Assembly: GCA_905178155.1 (NCBI GenBank)
Contig: CAJINV010000010.1
Coordinates: 663,902 to 727,901, forward strand
Source: Amoebophrya sp. A120
Lineage: Eukaryota; Protista; Dinoflagellata
DNA: 64,000 nucleotides
Direction of reading: 5' to 3'
Part shown: piece after piece, positions 11,653 to 24,859 of the stretch
How the letters are laid out: every line of letters starts with the position of its first letter
Numbering within the stretch: the stretch's first letter is position 1
Made by a program: the position numbers and the translations under genes
Notes under the pieces: model-generated
Seen by the model: only the letters and a program-made list of their open reading frames with translations
What the model was told of the DNA's origin: nothing
Database searches by the model: none

Positions 11653-14600
11653 CTATTTCCTGGTCATGTGCAGGTCAAACCAGTCGCTCCCCTTCAATAT
11701 CTCCCGCATCCAGTCTATGTCAAACAGCAGCTCGTCCCGCGTCCGCCACCTTGTCCCGAACTTTGCATCCACCGCTAATTCCCCAAACAACCCCGCGCCA
11801 CAGGGTTCATCTCGGTACAAGCAGATTTTCGGCGCGTAGATGTACTGCCGCGCAATTTTGAACCTGTTGTAGCCCAACGCTTCCGCCGTGGGAAATACCG
11901 ACCGCGCGAACGCCCGCATGCTGTCTATCTCAATCGAGATGTACTTCGGCGGGTCTATTCTAGCGTACACCGGCGGCAAATTGTCCCGTGGCTGCACTTT
12001 CCTCACGTAAAACCCGCCTTGCGTCTCCTCGTAAAGGGAAAACTTGTTGATGTCCCCAATCTTCTTGTTGTTCTCGTACCAGAGGTTCGTTTTGTACTTG
12101 AACAGTTCTTCCTGTTTTTGCTTTCTCTCCGCCTCTGATAATTTACCTCTATCTTCCTCCGCTGTTTCACTTGCAGAAGTTGTTCCTCCACCCCGCGCGG
12201 CCAATTCCGCGGAGAATTCGTTGTGCGCCCTACTATTCCCGCCGAACAACAATTTGGGGTCGTTTTCGTCGATATATTTCCCGTCCGCCCGTAGTTCCCG
12301 ACTGCTGGATATGCCTTGCACATGTGTCTGTGTCTGGAAACTTGTGACGAGACGCAAGGAACTGCTAAGCATGACAAGTTTTTTGCATGGTCCTGAGTCG
12401 CGTATTCCGCATGAGAAACTGCGTTTTTGCACGACAGGGAGCAGGAGCTCTTCGCGGCCACGCAATACAGAGTGCAGAGTCATGCCAGACTAGCATGACA
12501 AATCTCGGAATCTCCCAGACCCAGACATATTTGCAGTTGATACTTGATAAAACGGCCCGGGATTTTTCCACCCAAATTCCGTCGGTTAGGATCGACCTCA
12601 GGCAGTCCTTGCTGTTCTCCTCCACGTCGATTTTCAGGAAATACGGCATGCCGAACTGCTTCACCAAGCTCGCGCAGGACAAGCTCGGAATCCACTGCGA
12701 TTTTATCCGGACGTTCCGTCGATGCTGCGTCGTGCCGTCGGAAACGAACATCGTCCGCCAAAACATCTCGTCGTTATTCACCAATTTGCTCGTCTCCGCC
12801 CGGGGGGAGAGTTGCACGAACGTGCTATTCCGGTACAGATCCTCTATTGAAAGGAAAAATCCCCCCTCCCCGTATTGAAAAGGTATGACTTCGAAAATTT
12901 GCGTTGCTGATTTGAGGTCACAAATCATATTTGTCTTGCAAGAAGACAAGGGCAGGAACTTTCGCCCCATTATGGAAGCGATTTGTCATGCTCCTGGGTC
13001 TAAAGGGGAGCCGTTTGCCATGCTGAACAACTAGACACATACGCCCCTATCTAGCCTGGAGATCTGCCCGCAATGCGTCTCTGCAATACAAAGCTGATTT
13101 GTGTACGCAAATCAGCAACAGAAATTTCCATTTTGATATGGGGAGGGGGGGTTTTTCATAGTGATATCCTCCGCTTTTTCTTCAGAGACAATGGCGTAGT
13201 TCAGTAAAATCAATTGCCCGGTGGACAATTCTTTTTCAAACTGCTGCCGGGCACGGAATATGCATTGCAAAAGTGGTATCGCACTCGTATAAGTGCATTA
13301 CAAATTTCCTTAGCATGAGAGATAACATTTGTCATGCGGATTCATCTTAAGAAAGAAATTTGCAATGCATTACTGCAATACTTTTACACAGGATACGGAA
13401 AATGCTATTCGGATTCGACTCGACGGTGACGACGTGGAAGCCGGAGTGCAGGTAGAACATGGTGTCTGCGCCGAGGCTATGCATTGCAAATTTTATGTCT
13501 GGGTCTGATCCAACTTTCGCATGACACCGCAGGTTTAGAATGCGAGTCTTGGCATCACAAGCTTCGCGTAGGGGTAGGCTCCTCAAAACTGCCAATCCTG
13601 CATGAGAAATGTCACCTTCAAGAGGTAACCCGAAAAATCGAGTGACTTTATTTGCTACTCATACAATGCAGATCTTCATCTTTGTGTCAACGAGACCTAG
13701 CATTACAGACTTGGACTCTTCGGCCAGATCAAAGTAGACAGATTTGCGATGCATAGAGGCCCATACCAACGTCTAAGATGAGGTAATCGTGCTTTTCCTT
13801 CAAATCTTTATCCGGGGAAAGACACCCATTCCCATCCATTTTTTGTATCACAAATACTGGAGCTTATGCATGTTCTGAATGACAAATTGGATGGGGATGG
13901 GTGTTTTTTCTTGAATAATCTTCGGCGGATTCTTCCAACTGGAGATCGGCATCTTGCTGGCCTTCTTCCTCGTCCTCTTGGTCTACTGCATCAGATGTTG
14001 ATGAAGCGCTCTTTGAAGAAGTAGAAGATGCTGCACCGGTGGCAGCAGCAGAGCCTGCTGCGCTGCCCTTCTGACGGTCTATCATTCCTGCAGGTATCGA
14101 GGTGTCGGTCTCGGTCTCGCTGTGTTCAGAAGTTGTAGGAATTGCGTCGTCGCAGAAATCATACAGAGCTTCCTCATCTTCACTCCCCTTTTCGTCAGTT
14201 TGCTCTTCCCGCACCAGAAATTCCGTCTCTTCCGCAAACACCTCGGAAAACCGTACCGCGTCCTTCACGTGGAAAACGAGTTTTTCCATGTTCCAAAACG
14301 CGGAGCGCTTCGTTTGCTTCACCCAGTTGCCCAGCCAAATGGAACTGTCAAAGTCAAAGTGCATGACGTGGGCAAGTTTGTCGTAGATCCCGTTAATCGG
14401 AACGGCGTACAGAGGCTCGAGTATGTTCAAACTCTGGTCTACCGGATACACTAAGTTCGGGTTTGTTTTCAAAGTTGCCTTTCTATTTCTCGTGTTCGCT
14501 TTCTTGGTTTGGTAGAGACCCACCTCCCTAGAAGAGGATCTCGATGCAACGGACGAGGATGCCTTAGCAATTGCACTTTTTCCGGCTCTACTACCTTTGA

Positions 14601-17600
14601 AAACTTTATCGTCGGCACTGCTGCCACGACTGTCCCTTATTCTCTTCCTACAGCTTGCAATTTTATTGCTTTCGACTCTCGTAGTTCCCTTCCCTTTTCC
14701 TTTTCTTCCGTCGCGATCGCTATCTTTTGTGCCTTTATTTCTCCTCTTTTTCCGCCACTTCTTCTTTTGCTTTTTTCCTTTTTCTGTATCTCTGCTATGA
14801 AAATCGCCGAAATCGATTCCCTTCTTCGCGACCATCTCTTCCGGCGGTCCGTTCGTGCCAGGTATCACCGCCCACAAAATGAACCCGGTAATGGACAAAT
14901 ACCGGTAGCCGAGCTGGAAAAAGTTCTGCATCAAACTTACCGGAAATAACATCTGCTTCGGGTCCCGGAGGGTTGTTTCCGCGATTGCCGTACTGCCGTC
15001 GGGTTCGTCTTCGTCTTCGTCAGAAGAAGTTGATGCTGCAATGGTTTTCGCGTTGCTGATTCCAGCGTGAAGGTCAATGTCAGTTTTCCTCTTTTTCCTC
15101 TCCGCCTCTATCTCCTGCTTCAGTCGCAGTCTCTTCAACTCCAGCTGCCCCTTGATCTTCATATTTGCGATGGAATGGACAAAATGCGTCTTCACGTCGG
15201 GTGTTGAAGCTGTATCGCTGGATTCTGGTTCTTCGGAACCTCCATCGTCAGAAGCCGCTTGCTCTACCACCCCACTGTCGCTGTTTCCGTCGTGTTCCAC
15301 CTCCATTTCTACCAGGCCAGCACCCGCTCCCTCCGTGTCGTTCTTTACCCCGAACAGCGTCATGCTGCCGTCGCCACTGAAAAATTGCGACTTCGTGTGC
15401 TCTATCAAATGTAAAAATGTCTGGGTCTGGAAGAGTGTAGACTTGTCATGCAGATTTGCCATGACCCATGAGGTCTGGAATGCGGGACTTAGCATGACAG
15501 ACTCTGCGAGGCCTCTGCCATGCCTATTCTGCATGAGAAACTTCGTCCCAACTTGATCAAAAGTGGGCAGCTTTTGGCACTCATGCAACACAGACTTTTG
15601 CATGCTTCAGATTTACCATGACAGGTTGCAATCTTCCAGACCCAGACATTTTTGCAATTCATATGCTCCGTGATACTCTGCCCCCGGTCGTCCACGGCGA
15701 GTCGTTGTCTGCCGCGCCCTATGAAGTGCAAATATGTCTGGGACTGGAAGAATCATGCAACTTGTGATGCTTGTCTCACATGCCTTTTGAATCTTTAATG
15801 CGCGGACAGGAATAAAGCCTCTTTCCTGTCATGCAAAAACGCGGCTTGCCATGCGGATAGCGAAACACAAAGGACCCCATAAACTTGTCATGCGTGGCTG
15901 CGTATTGCAGTGCGCTGACCATTCACACAGTAGCATCACAAGTTTTCGGACCCAGGAGGAGACATAATCTGCAATGCATACGCCCGAATTCCCCGAGGTT
16001 TTCCACGTAGTACTTCCCGTAGGAGAAGTATCCTAAAGAAAAAAGTGGTACAGATAAACACTCTGACGGAAGGCAAGCAAGACAGACAACCTCTGTCATG
16101 CAGGAAACGCTTGACAGCCGCATTTCATTTGTGTTTTCCCTTATAGTCTGCGCATCACAGGTTTTCTTTGCCATGTCGAGCAACTTTGTGATGCAGAAAC
16201 TCCAACACGTGTGTTGTAACTGTATTAACACTTTTATTTTCCTGTGATAAAAAGAGGTTTAGCATGCCAGCTCTCAGCCCGGAGAGCTGGATGTACCCGG
16301 CGAAGGATCTGGATGAGATCACGAGGAACATCCTATTACCACGAAAAATGCCCCCAACCCAGAACTTGGCGGCATTTATATTTTGCGAACCTTTTCAATG
16401 GAAACGCTCCCCGTCTTGCATGTATCAGCATCAAAAATCTTGCATGCTAGAAAGCTCAAATCTGTGCAGCTGCAAAGGAGCCCAACAGCAGCCGGATCTG
16501 TTATGCAAAAGATGCCTTGCGCGTCTAGATTCTGCATCAGAAAGGCTCGTAGTCCTTTCATGCAACACAAAAAGCTTTCATCTGGAAACTTTGCATGAGA
16601 AACTTTTGCAAGTTCCGGGGTGGAGGCATTTTTCATTGTCATGCATCCGGTAGAGAAGCTGCTGGGGAGTTACTTTGAAGAAGGAAAAAAAGTCCGTGTT
16701 GAAACGGTAGGGAGTGGCCCTTTCGAAGGAGGAAAATGAGTGGTCTAGATCTACTTCGGAGGGATGTACTGAAGACGAAGTGGTAGTAGTTGCACTTGTT
16801 CTGTTCAGAGCCAGCAGTTCGTTCCACGCGGGGTGTTTCGAAAACTCGCTCATCACATCGATGTCCTCTTGCACGCAGCACGGCCAAGCCGCCACTTCCT
16901 GGTTATCGGAAGGGCGTTTCGGAACGGTGCCGGAGTTGAGCAGCTTCGGGTACAGTTTTTTTTGGACCGTGCTTCGTTTGGAGAGAGAAGAAGTGACGGG
17001 AGCTGCAGTATCATCTGGATCATTGCTTTTGCTATCCCCCGGTGTAACAACTGTTGATCGCGGCACTAGCATTCCCGCGCGACAGATTTTCAAGACGTCG
17101 AAGACCATCCGGACTGCTTGCGGAATGATCGGCATCAGGGCAGATTCTGTGGTGGAGACGAACGCGGATAGAATCAACGCGGAGAAGCAGAGTCTGCTTA
17201 TAACCCGCTCAAACGTTACCATCTCAAACGTTACAATAGAATCTGGAAATCTGTGATGCAAGAACTGCATGACCTAGCCTGCTCCCATAGGATCATTGCG
17301 CATGACAAGTTTCGGAGTCCCAAACCGCGCTAGAATCTGGCGAAATTTGTATTGCGAAAAGCTCAGTCCTCTATACGGTCCTCATGCTCTTCATGCAATA
17401 CAAAATCCAGACTCTATTGTAACGTTTGAGATTGTAACGTTTGAGCAGGTCAGACTATTCTGCACGTTTTTCTGGATTTCCTTCTCCCCATACCGGTTCA
17501 ACACGACCTCCAACGACGCTAGACTCTGCCACTCCCGCCAGTCCGGAAAGAAATGCACCCAGTGGGCGAGGATGTACTGGGATTTCTCGTACAACTTCGT

Positions 17601-17987
17601 GATCACCGTGTTGTTCTTTTGGGGCGTGGAATCCGGGTTCCAGATCTGAATGTGCTGGTGCCACAGCTCGAAAAATTCCAAGTACATCGGGTTTTCAAAG
17701 CACTGCTGCCCGAACAACGGACAGGGGTCGGTTGTTTCGCGAGTTATTGCGTCGTCAACATGATCGTCGTCGTCGTCGTCGTTGTTACTAGCAGCTGCGT
17801 CCTCCGCCGGCAGCGGCTCTACTGCGCCGGCTTCCTCTGCGCGCGCAACCGGAACCACGACGTCCAGAACACCACTATTGCAGCTGAGTTGAAAACCCCC
17901 GATCCAAACGACCCACCGGTAGTAAACGAAAAGCAGCAACGAAAGGGCGTTTTTGTGCACGCTAGAGCGATAACGACGGGTTGGCAT
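11653..17987 (-). CDS. ~1298-aa protein with N-terminal hydrophobic segment and C-terminal FkbM-family SAM methyltransferase domain; 10 introners
   Basis: Removing 10 elements plus TSDs leaves 3897 nt (1299 codons) and rebuilds YLILDVGMGLGADTMFYLHSGFHVVTVESNP; YFLKIDVEE lies downstream. Confidence 0.85.
12310..12542. mobile_element. Introner family A-like
   Basis: TATGCCTTGC...GCAGTTGATA; TSD CTGGA/CTTGA. Confidence 0.9.
12845..13166. mobile_element. Introner family C (GGAAAAATCCCCCCTCCCC TIR core)
   Basis: TATTGAAAGG...GTGATA; TSD TCCTC/TCCTC. Confidence 0.93.
13259..13395. mobile_element. Introner family B
   Basis: TATGCATTG...CAGGATA; TSD CGGAA/CGGAA. Confidence 0.93.
13478..13755. mobile_element. 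Introner family A-like, inside SAM-binding motif I
   Basis: TATGCATTGC...GCGATGCATA; TSD GAGGC/GAGGC. Confidence 0.93.
13809..13917. mobile_element. Smallest introner (109 bp, singleton)
   Basis: ACACCCATTCCCATCCA / TGGATGGGGATGGGTGT IR; TSD ATCTT/ATCTT. Confidence 0.9.
15403..15663. mobile_element. Introner family A
   Basis: TSD TGCTC/TGCTC; TAT...ATA ends. Confidence 0.95.
15720..15980. mobile_element. Introner family A-like
   Basis: TSD CGCCC/CGCCC; TAT...ATA ends. Confidence 0.92.
16029..16249. mobile_element. Introner family E (GAAAAAA-TG TIR core)
   Basis: TSD AGAAG/AAAAG; close copy at 30809-31029. Confidence 0.92.
16334..16643. mobile_element. Introner family F (GAAAAATGCCCCC TIR core)
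   Basis: TSD CATCC/CATCC; right end ATG rather than ATA. Confidence 0.92.
17199..17454. mobile_element. Introner (singleton, CTCAAACGTTAC repeats in TIR)
   Basis: ~50-bp IR; TSD CTGCT/CTATT; frame restored (QNRLCF). Confidence 0.88.
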
Positions 17988-18503
17988 GGTGGCGATTTGT
18001 GGTATTGAAGATGGCCACGTGTTTGTTCTGTCTAAAAGTCCTAGCGACTGAACTCCATTTTACGGACGAGAAACAACACGAGCAACGTACCTACACACTG
18101 CCGCTCGCTACTGCCCGATCAGAATTGCAGTTGTACCAGACTCGAAGAAGATAACTAGCACTTTATACTTTTACGAATTTTTCCGGGGAGTGATCCCGAC
18201 TTGCCGCTCTTGCTGGGCGTAGGCAGGAAACACAGAATACCATTGGGAAAACAACGAACCCTCTCTGTGGTTCCCGAGGCGGAGAGGCCTACAAAAGCCT
18301 TTGATGCATGGACTCATCAACGCGATTTTGTGATTCGAAGTCAATGTAGGTGAAATGTAAACATTTGGTTAGCGTGACGAAAAAAGAAGCCAATTGGAAA
18401 TGGTAATTTTCGAAAAAGAAGACAAGTAAACAGCTACAGATAGTGTATGTGCAAAGAATAAAGGAAGAGCTATCATGATGCTCGAATAAAGAGAAGGCTA
18501 TAA

Positions 18504-19713
18504 TATGGGATCGTTTCAACGATTAAAATTAAAAAAATTAATTTTTATTTATTCAAGAGGTCATACAAAATGAAAATCATCAGAGTGCGACATGGAAACT
18601 GCCGTCGTCGCGGGCCTCCGAGGTGAACGTCTCCGGATTGTGTTTTGTTTATGGTAATGAAATAGCTAGACACGTCCCAACTTCAGCTAGTTAAAATGGT
18701 ATGTAGTTGAACAAGGTTTAAGAATGCAAAGGAAGCAGGAAGCTTGGCTCCGTCTTTGCGGCCCACAAGCTGGGCGTCTGCGTGGTCCCTCGCTCTCCGG
18801 CTCGTCTGGGGCCCCGTCACGTAGCAGCGACGCTATGCTGGTTTCGACCGGTGGAGTTTATGGGGCAATGTGATGGCTTTCGAATACATCCCAAGAGGAA
18901 GCTGGTGCGGCAAAGCCTGAAAATGTGTGGCGTTGTAGTATTGAGATCTCGCACCTCAACGGACGGAGCAACTTTCGTGGTTTTGGTCATCAGTTTCAGA
19001 GTGGGAGTTCCTGAGTTCCTTTTAGAGCTGGAGGATCGCGATTAATTAGACGCCCAGAGACGTCCAAGAAGACGTCTATTTTCCGCGATATGGAAATGGA
19101 TTGACTAAGTGGGAATAGCCAAAGTTAATGACGTCCCTGGGGACGTCTCTGGGAGACGTCCCGCAAGCTCATTTTTGGCATCAAAATGAGGCGCGTCAAA
19201 AGTTGACGCTTTTCCTTACGAAAAAGCTACTCTTTAGGATGCTTTTGCCCAACATATCCGCAGCGTCGCCTCCTCCACCGTTCTGCTCGCGATACTCCTG
19301 CAGGGCCTCACTGGGCTCCGTGTCGGTTGGCGTCGCCTTCTCCGGGCCCAAGATATCGGCCAGCAGCTCTTCTCTGCGCGCGTGGATCCCCCCCATGTAT
19401 TTCCGGCGTCCGGAGGGGGCGCGGAGGAGGGCCCGGATCGCCCTGGCGACGTTCTCCATACCAAGGCGCTTGGTATTAGAACTGCTACTGCCGCGATGAC
19501 AGACTCCAGCTTCCATATCATTTCAACTAGCTTAAGTTGGGACGTGTCTAGTTATTTCATTACCATGAACAAAACACAAGCCGGAGATGTTCACCTGGGA
19601 GGCCCGCGACGGCGGCAGTTCCCGCATCACCTTCTGATGATTTTCATTTTATATAACCCCTTGAATTGCAAAAAATTAATTTTTTTTATTTTAATCGTTG
19701 AAACGATCCCATA
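18504..19713. mobile_element. Intergenic 1210-bp TIR DNA element, probably non-autonomous, with introner-type ends
   Basis: ~200-bp imperfect TIRs TATGGGATCGTTTCAACG...CGTTGAAACGATCCCATA; perfect TSD TATAA at 18499-18503 and 19714-19718; internal ORF 19196..19516 not recognised. Confidence 0.9.
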
Positions 19714-20043
19714 TATAATAGCGTCGGTTACTGTGAGTGAGTGTCAGTTTACAAAGTAAGCTGTGACCGAGTCTGCAACTTGTAGAAATAGAAATTGCTC
19801 GGCGGTCGGGTCAGCAAGTAATTACTGCATGCAGACCCGCGCGTGCGTGTGCAAAATTCGAACTGGTACAACAAAAGCGAAATTAGAGAGGAAGGATTAG
19901 GAATAGGATCATGAGTATAAGTACGTGACACAAAAAAAGAAATGCGAGAAGTCGTATTTTCAAAGAGGCAAATCATTTTGGAGGATGTGGTGGCTCGTTC
20001 GCTGTTTATCACTCCTGTTTGAAATCTTCTGTGGTTCTCGTCT

Positions 20044-23000
20044 TCACTCGTCTGGCGTTTCACCCGTCCCAGCAAGCTTAGGCGATAAACCCGTGTCAAC
20101 CCCAGCAGTTGCAGCAGGAACAGGCATTTCACCAGTACCAGCGGAAACAGATTCGTCCGCCCTGTGGCATTCTTCCGCCTGTACTCCGTTGTAGGAAAAC
20201 GTCACGCGCTGCTTCAGCGCGTCGGAGAGCTGCGTGAACAGCTGCTCGTCGATGGCATTCTCCGTGTCTTCCGTGGCGGTTTGCACCTGCCCCAGGTCGA
20301 ACTGCATCCGCAGTTGATTCCACGCTTTCAGGTTTGCTTTCCCGAAAATTCGGACCAGATTCTCCCACATTTTGTTTCCCGAGGCTTCGTTGAACACGTC
20401 ACATTTCAGCGCCGTCAAAACCGGTTTCGCGATCAGTTCCGCGACTTTGTTGTGAACTTGCTCCGCAGTCTGAGGTGTTTCCGCAGCGCTGGATTCCGAC
20501 TCGACCCCGTCCAGCGCCTTTCGCTCGATTTCCGGCCAGGTTTCGAAGAAGTCGGCGTAATGCAAGAGGACCGGCTGCTTCTCCGGTTTGCGCATCTTGC
20601 CAAGGAGGCGCAAGAATCCGCCCTTGGGCCCCAGGTTTGGCGCATGGTCCACCCATCCTTTGGCGGCCAAGAACCCGTCGAAACCCTTTTCGGGGTCGGG
20701 GGTTGCAGTTAGTGCCGTCGCCTCCGCTTCAGGAAAGAAAACCTGGTTTTGCGGCTCCAAGCTGGCAAAGGCCCAACCGACGTCAAAGCGACGCATGTAC
20801 ATTTCGCCCGACTCCGATTTGAAGAACCCGATGTTGCCGAAGTGGCCATCCGTATGCATTGCAAATATGCCTTGGTCTGTGACGCAAGGAAGGGAATCAA
20901 TACTTGTGAGCACGCTGTAATGCGCTGCCGAGCATGACAAATTTTTCCGTGGCTCTGCTTCTGACTTGCCGCGTACTCCGCATGAGAAACTGCGTTTTTG
21001 CATGACAGGCAAGAGGAGCTCTTCGCGGCCACCCAATAGATCCAGAGTCCAGAGTCATGCCAGACTAGCATAACAAATCGAAATCTCGCACCAATCTCGG
21101 AGACCCAGATATATTTGCATTTGATAATCCGGGTCGGAAAGCAACACGGTCAGAAACAGATCCAGCCCAAGTTGGTGGATCTGCTGATGGCTTGCTTCAA
21201 AGCTCTGGAAATTCTTCCGCGCCCACCAGGCACTTCCGAAAGTGATTCGCCCGCTGCCGATTTTGCTCAGGAGTTGGACGACACCCGTGTGTCCGACGGC
21301 GGGCGTGCCAGGCGACATCAAGCCCTTTTCCCTTTATCAACCAGGGCAAAGGGAGTTTTGGCAAAACGCATGCGGCAAACAAGGCAACTACCCTTCAATT
21401 TGGGAACAGTGTCAGTGACCGTCATCAACAGTCGCGTGCACAACAGACGGCTGGCACAAAAATTACGAGTTCTTGTGTGAATGAAAACATGTTTGGATGA
21501 GACTCATTACCAGTACCAGCTCTCTCCGCGTTTGCTTATAGCAGGGCTTCTGCTACAAAATTGAAATCGTCATTGCGACAAGCACTACTGGGCTAGTGTG
21601 CCTGATTGCAATAAACCAAAACACTTGGAACATCGTTCCATACAAGGACGGCATCGCTCCACGGCTGGTTTCCCCAATCAAAATTCAGGAATTCCCGCAT
21701 GCCCCCCTTGTCCAGCTCGTGCCAAGACAGCGTCATCGACTGCCCATCCCCTGAGGACATGTCGGCCGCGTAGTCCCCGAAGAAAATCGAAGCGGTGAAA
21801 AGAGCCCCTGCATCGGTTTTGACCACGATCGTCGTTCCGCCGATGCTGCGACAGTTCACGTAATCATCACAGTACGGCAGAGCACCGGGTGGGGTCGGTT
21901 TAGGACCGTGGTAAATCTGCTTCGTCACAGCCCGAAAAATGCTTCCTGCGACCAGCTCCGACATCGCGTCGGCGACGTTTTTTTCGCGTTTTTCCTTCTC
22001 CTTCGGCTTTTCGTCCTCCTTCCCTATCACATCAATGGGCTTGAAAACGGCTTTCTGGCCGGCCCGAAGACGCAGGGGCTCGCCACTGAAGTCTAACGTC
22101 TGCAAGTCGGTTGCAGCTTCAGATTGACCTTTTTTTTCAAGCTGGTAAACTTGAGCTTCGTGTCCACCGGAGCCGGGCTTTTCCAGCCTCTTCCAAGACC
22201 AGACGACCCTCGGCTGAGGATTCTTCACGTCCAGCACCTTGATTGCAAGTATCAAGATGTAATCTAGGGGAGTGTTGCGAAATGCGCGAGCACGATTTCC
22301 TGGCTCACATTGATTGAATACGCAAAAATGGTCTCTGCAAAGGCAAAACGATGACACTCACAGGTCTCATGTTTTGCGGACATAAGGCTTTGGAAGACGC
22401 AGGCCTTTAGAACAAGGTATGCACCATGTGGGTTTGTTGCATAGCTGGATAAGCAGAACAAACTATAACTAGAATTTCCTAAGCATGCATGCATTTCCTA
22501 CGCCTAGAAAATCTCTCGTCGCACAACACTTCTATTTGTCTATCCGATTCTTTCCACTCGATAGTCTCCGGAAACCGTTCGGCCGTGGTCTGTCCCATTT
22601 CGGTTTGCGGATCGGAAGGAACATCGGTTTGCGGATCGGAAGGAACAATGTTGTCCGTCTCCTCACCCTCAAGGACGAGTCCTTTAGCGTCCAGCTGTTT
22701 CTTATACCATTCCAGGAATTGCTTTGAAGCATGTGTTGGCAGCTCGAAACCGAGACCAGGAAATACAACGCCACCATTGCCTTCCGAATTTCCCCCGTGG
22801 TCCACTTCCACCAAAGCGGTAGAACTTGTTGCGGTCGAATCCCATTCCTCCTCCCCGTCCGACGAATGTACTTCCCCTTCCGAACTCGCAGCCGCCTCTC
22901 CGCTCCCAACAGCACCAGTTGCCGGGAATCCCCCAGGACCCTCGTCCCCCAGCGGAGCCAGAAAGCGGGTGTTTTTCTTGCTGGGAGGTTTCGGAGAGGG

Positions 23001-23679
23001 TTCTTCCGTCGTAGCTCGCTGCAACTCCGGCTCCGCTGCTTCCGGGTCAAGGATGAAAAGTATCACGGAGAAAAAGAAAGGAAGAGCGAGCTTAGTATGA
23101 GTGTGGAATTCAATTGCTATGTGGATTTGGAATTCTTCAGGAAAAAAAAGGCTAGTTTTCAGGCTTGCTAGTAGGTACTCCTCTAGAGTAGACTACGACC
23201 AAGGCGAGAAATAAATCCATCACGACATGCAAACACACTCAAGAGGGCCAGCTCAATTTTATCTTTTCCGTGTGATACCTCGCACGGCCTGGACACGAGT
23301 GGTGCCGCCAAGAGCCAAAAGTCCAAATCCGATCGCGTGGGAGCGTATCAACTGTAAAAATGTCTGGGTCTGGAAGATTGCCAGGTTTGTCATGCATATT
23401 TTGAATGACCCACGACGTCTGTGATGCATGCCCTAGCATCACAGATTTTTAGAGCACTTTGAGATGCCTCTACCGCATGAGAAATGCCCTCTCCACGTAG
23501 CACAAACTGGAGTCCTTTTGCTGGTCATGAAATACAAATTTTTTTAGAATCCACAGTCAGCATTACAAGTTTAGAATCTTCCAGACCCAGACATTTTTAC
23601 ATTTGATAGAGCGAAAAAGCTGCGTGCGGCTCCGGTTGCTCGCCGCGATCGCGAAGGTAGCGGTTGATGATGTTGCCAT
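20044..23679 (-). CDS. Atypical PI3K/PI4K/HipA-like kinase-fold protein with signal-peptide-like N-terminus; 2 introners plus probable canonical introns
   Basis: AVFKP, SELVAGSIFRAV, DPDGHFGNIGF (rebuilt across 20853-21126) and RRFDVGWAF; N-terminus ...HAIGFGLLALGGTTRVQA. Confidence 0.6.
20853..21126. mobile_element. Introner family A-like, inside kinase catalytic loop
   Basis: TSD ATCCG/ATCCG; related to 12310-12542. Confidence 0.93.
23346..23608. mobile_element. Introner family A, inverted relative to 4318-4579
   Basis: TSD GAGCG/GAGCG. Confidence 0.95.
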
Positions 23680-24859
23680 GTTTGCGCTTTCGTGTCGTTT
23701 ACGTTTTTAGTCTACTTCCTTAGTCGTGAATTTGAGAGTTTATGATAATTTCCGGCGCTGTGCAGAGCTCTTTTTCACTTGATGTAAAACTAAAAGGAAA
23801 CGGTAGTGATAAGTTCGTGCAAAACAAATTTTGGTTTTAGTGTTTTTGTCAGAATGCTGTTTCGTCTGTGGAATAATTAGGCTAGAGAACTGTGGCGCAT
23901 GGAAAGGGATTTCAAAACTGAAGTCTAGACGGCCGTCTTCCAGATCCTCTCAAAGAGTCATCAACACGAGGACGAGACTATAACTACGGAACCGAAGTTA
24001 CGACGTGGCTATGGCATTATAGCACGTGATACTATAGAATCACAACCGAAACACTGCAATCAATCGTCGCAACAGACACTACATACTTTACCTCCGAGGT
24101 TTGTAGTCCTTCATCTGTGTGAGGAAAGAAAGGACGTATAGGCAGCAACCGATATTTTTCGTAATATCAGCACGCGAACAGGAGAAGTTACAACAACCGA
24201 CTAGTAGACTCAGCAAGCCGATGAAACTGGTAGGAAATATAAGCAGATCATTGCGGACCGATCCTGTCGTCAAAGAGCCTTGTGATTCTGTACCCGACAG
24301 GGAAAGTTTGTTTTTCTATTGGCTAAAGGCGGGTAAAACATCAAGCAACAAACAGCTTAACCTCCTCTTCTTTTTGCAGAAGTCCGAAGTGACGCACAGA
24401 ACTAAATGCACAATTGCCCTTCGTGCGGTACTTGTCATGGAAAAGATAAGGAAAAGCGGTCTACAACTTGTGCAGGAAAATAAAACCTGGACGAAACTAC
24501 TGCACCAGCTGCACGAGTTTGCAATCATTATCGCACGACCTAAAACTTCTACCGTAGTAGTTTTTCTTCCGTTATTTTTTCCGATTCGGTCACCGTGCCG
24601 CCGCTTCAGCCCCGGCCCGCGCTAATGCTGCTGGAAAACTGATTTTCAGTCTGTTTATAGATTCTTCACCGAGGAAATTCATGGCAAAAGGCGCGTTGCC
24701 TTTAGCTTTAGTTGTCCTTTTGTTCATCGCATAATAAATAGATACAAGAGCATGCAACTCTTACCCATTGCAGCCCTCTCTACTACTTACTTCTCTGTCA
24801 TGACGTCAAAAACGTTGTGGATGCTTATTCGAGGAGTTCGACGAAAATGATGATCGACG

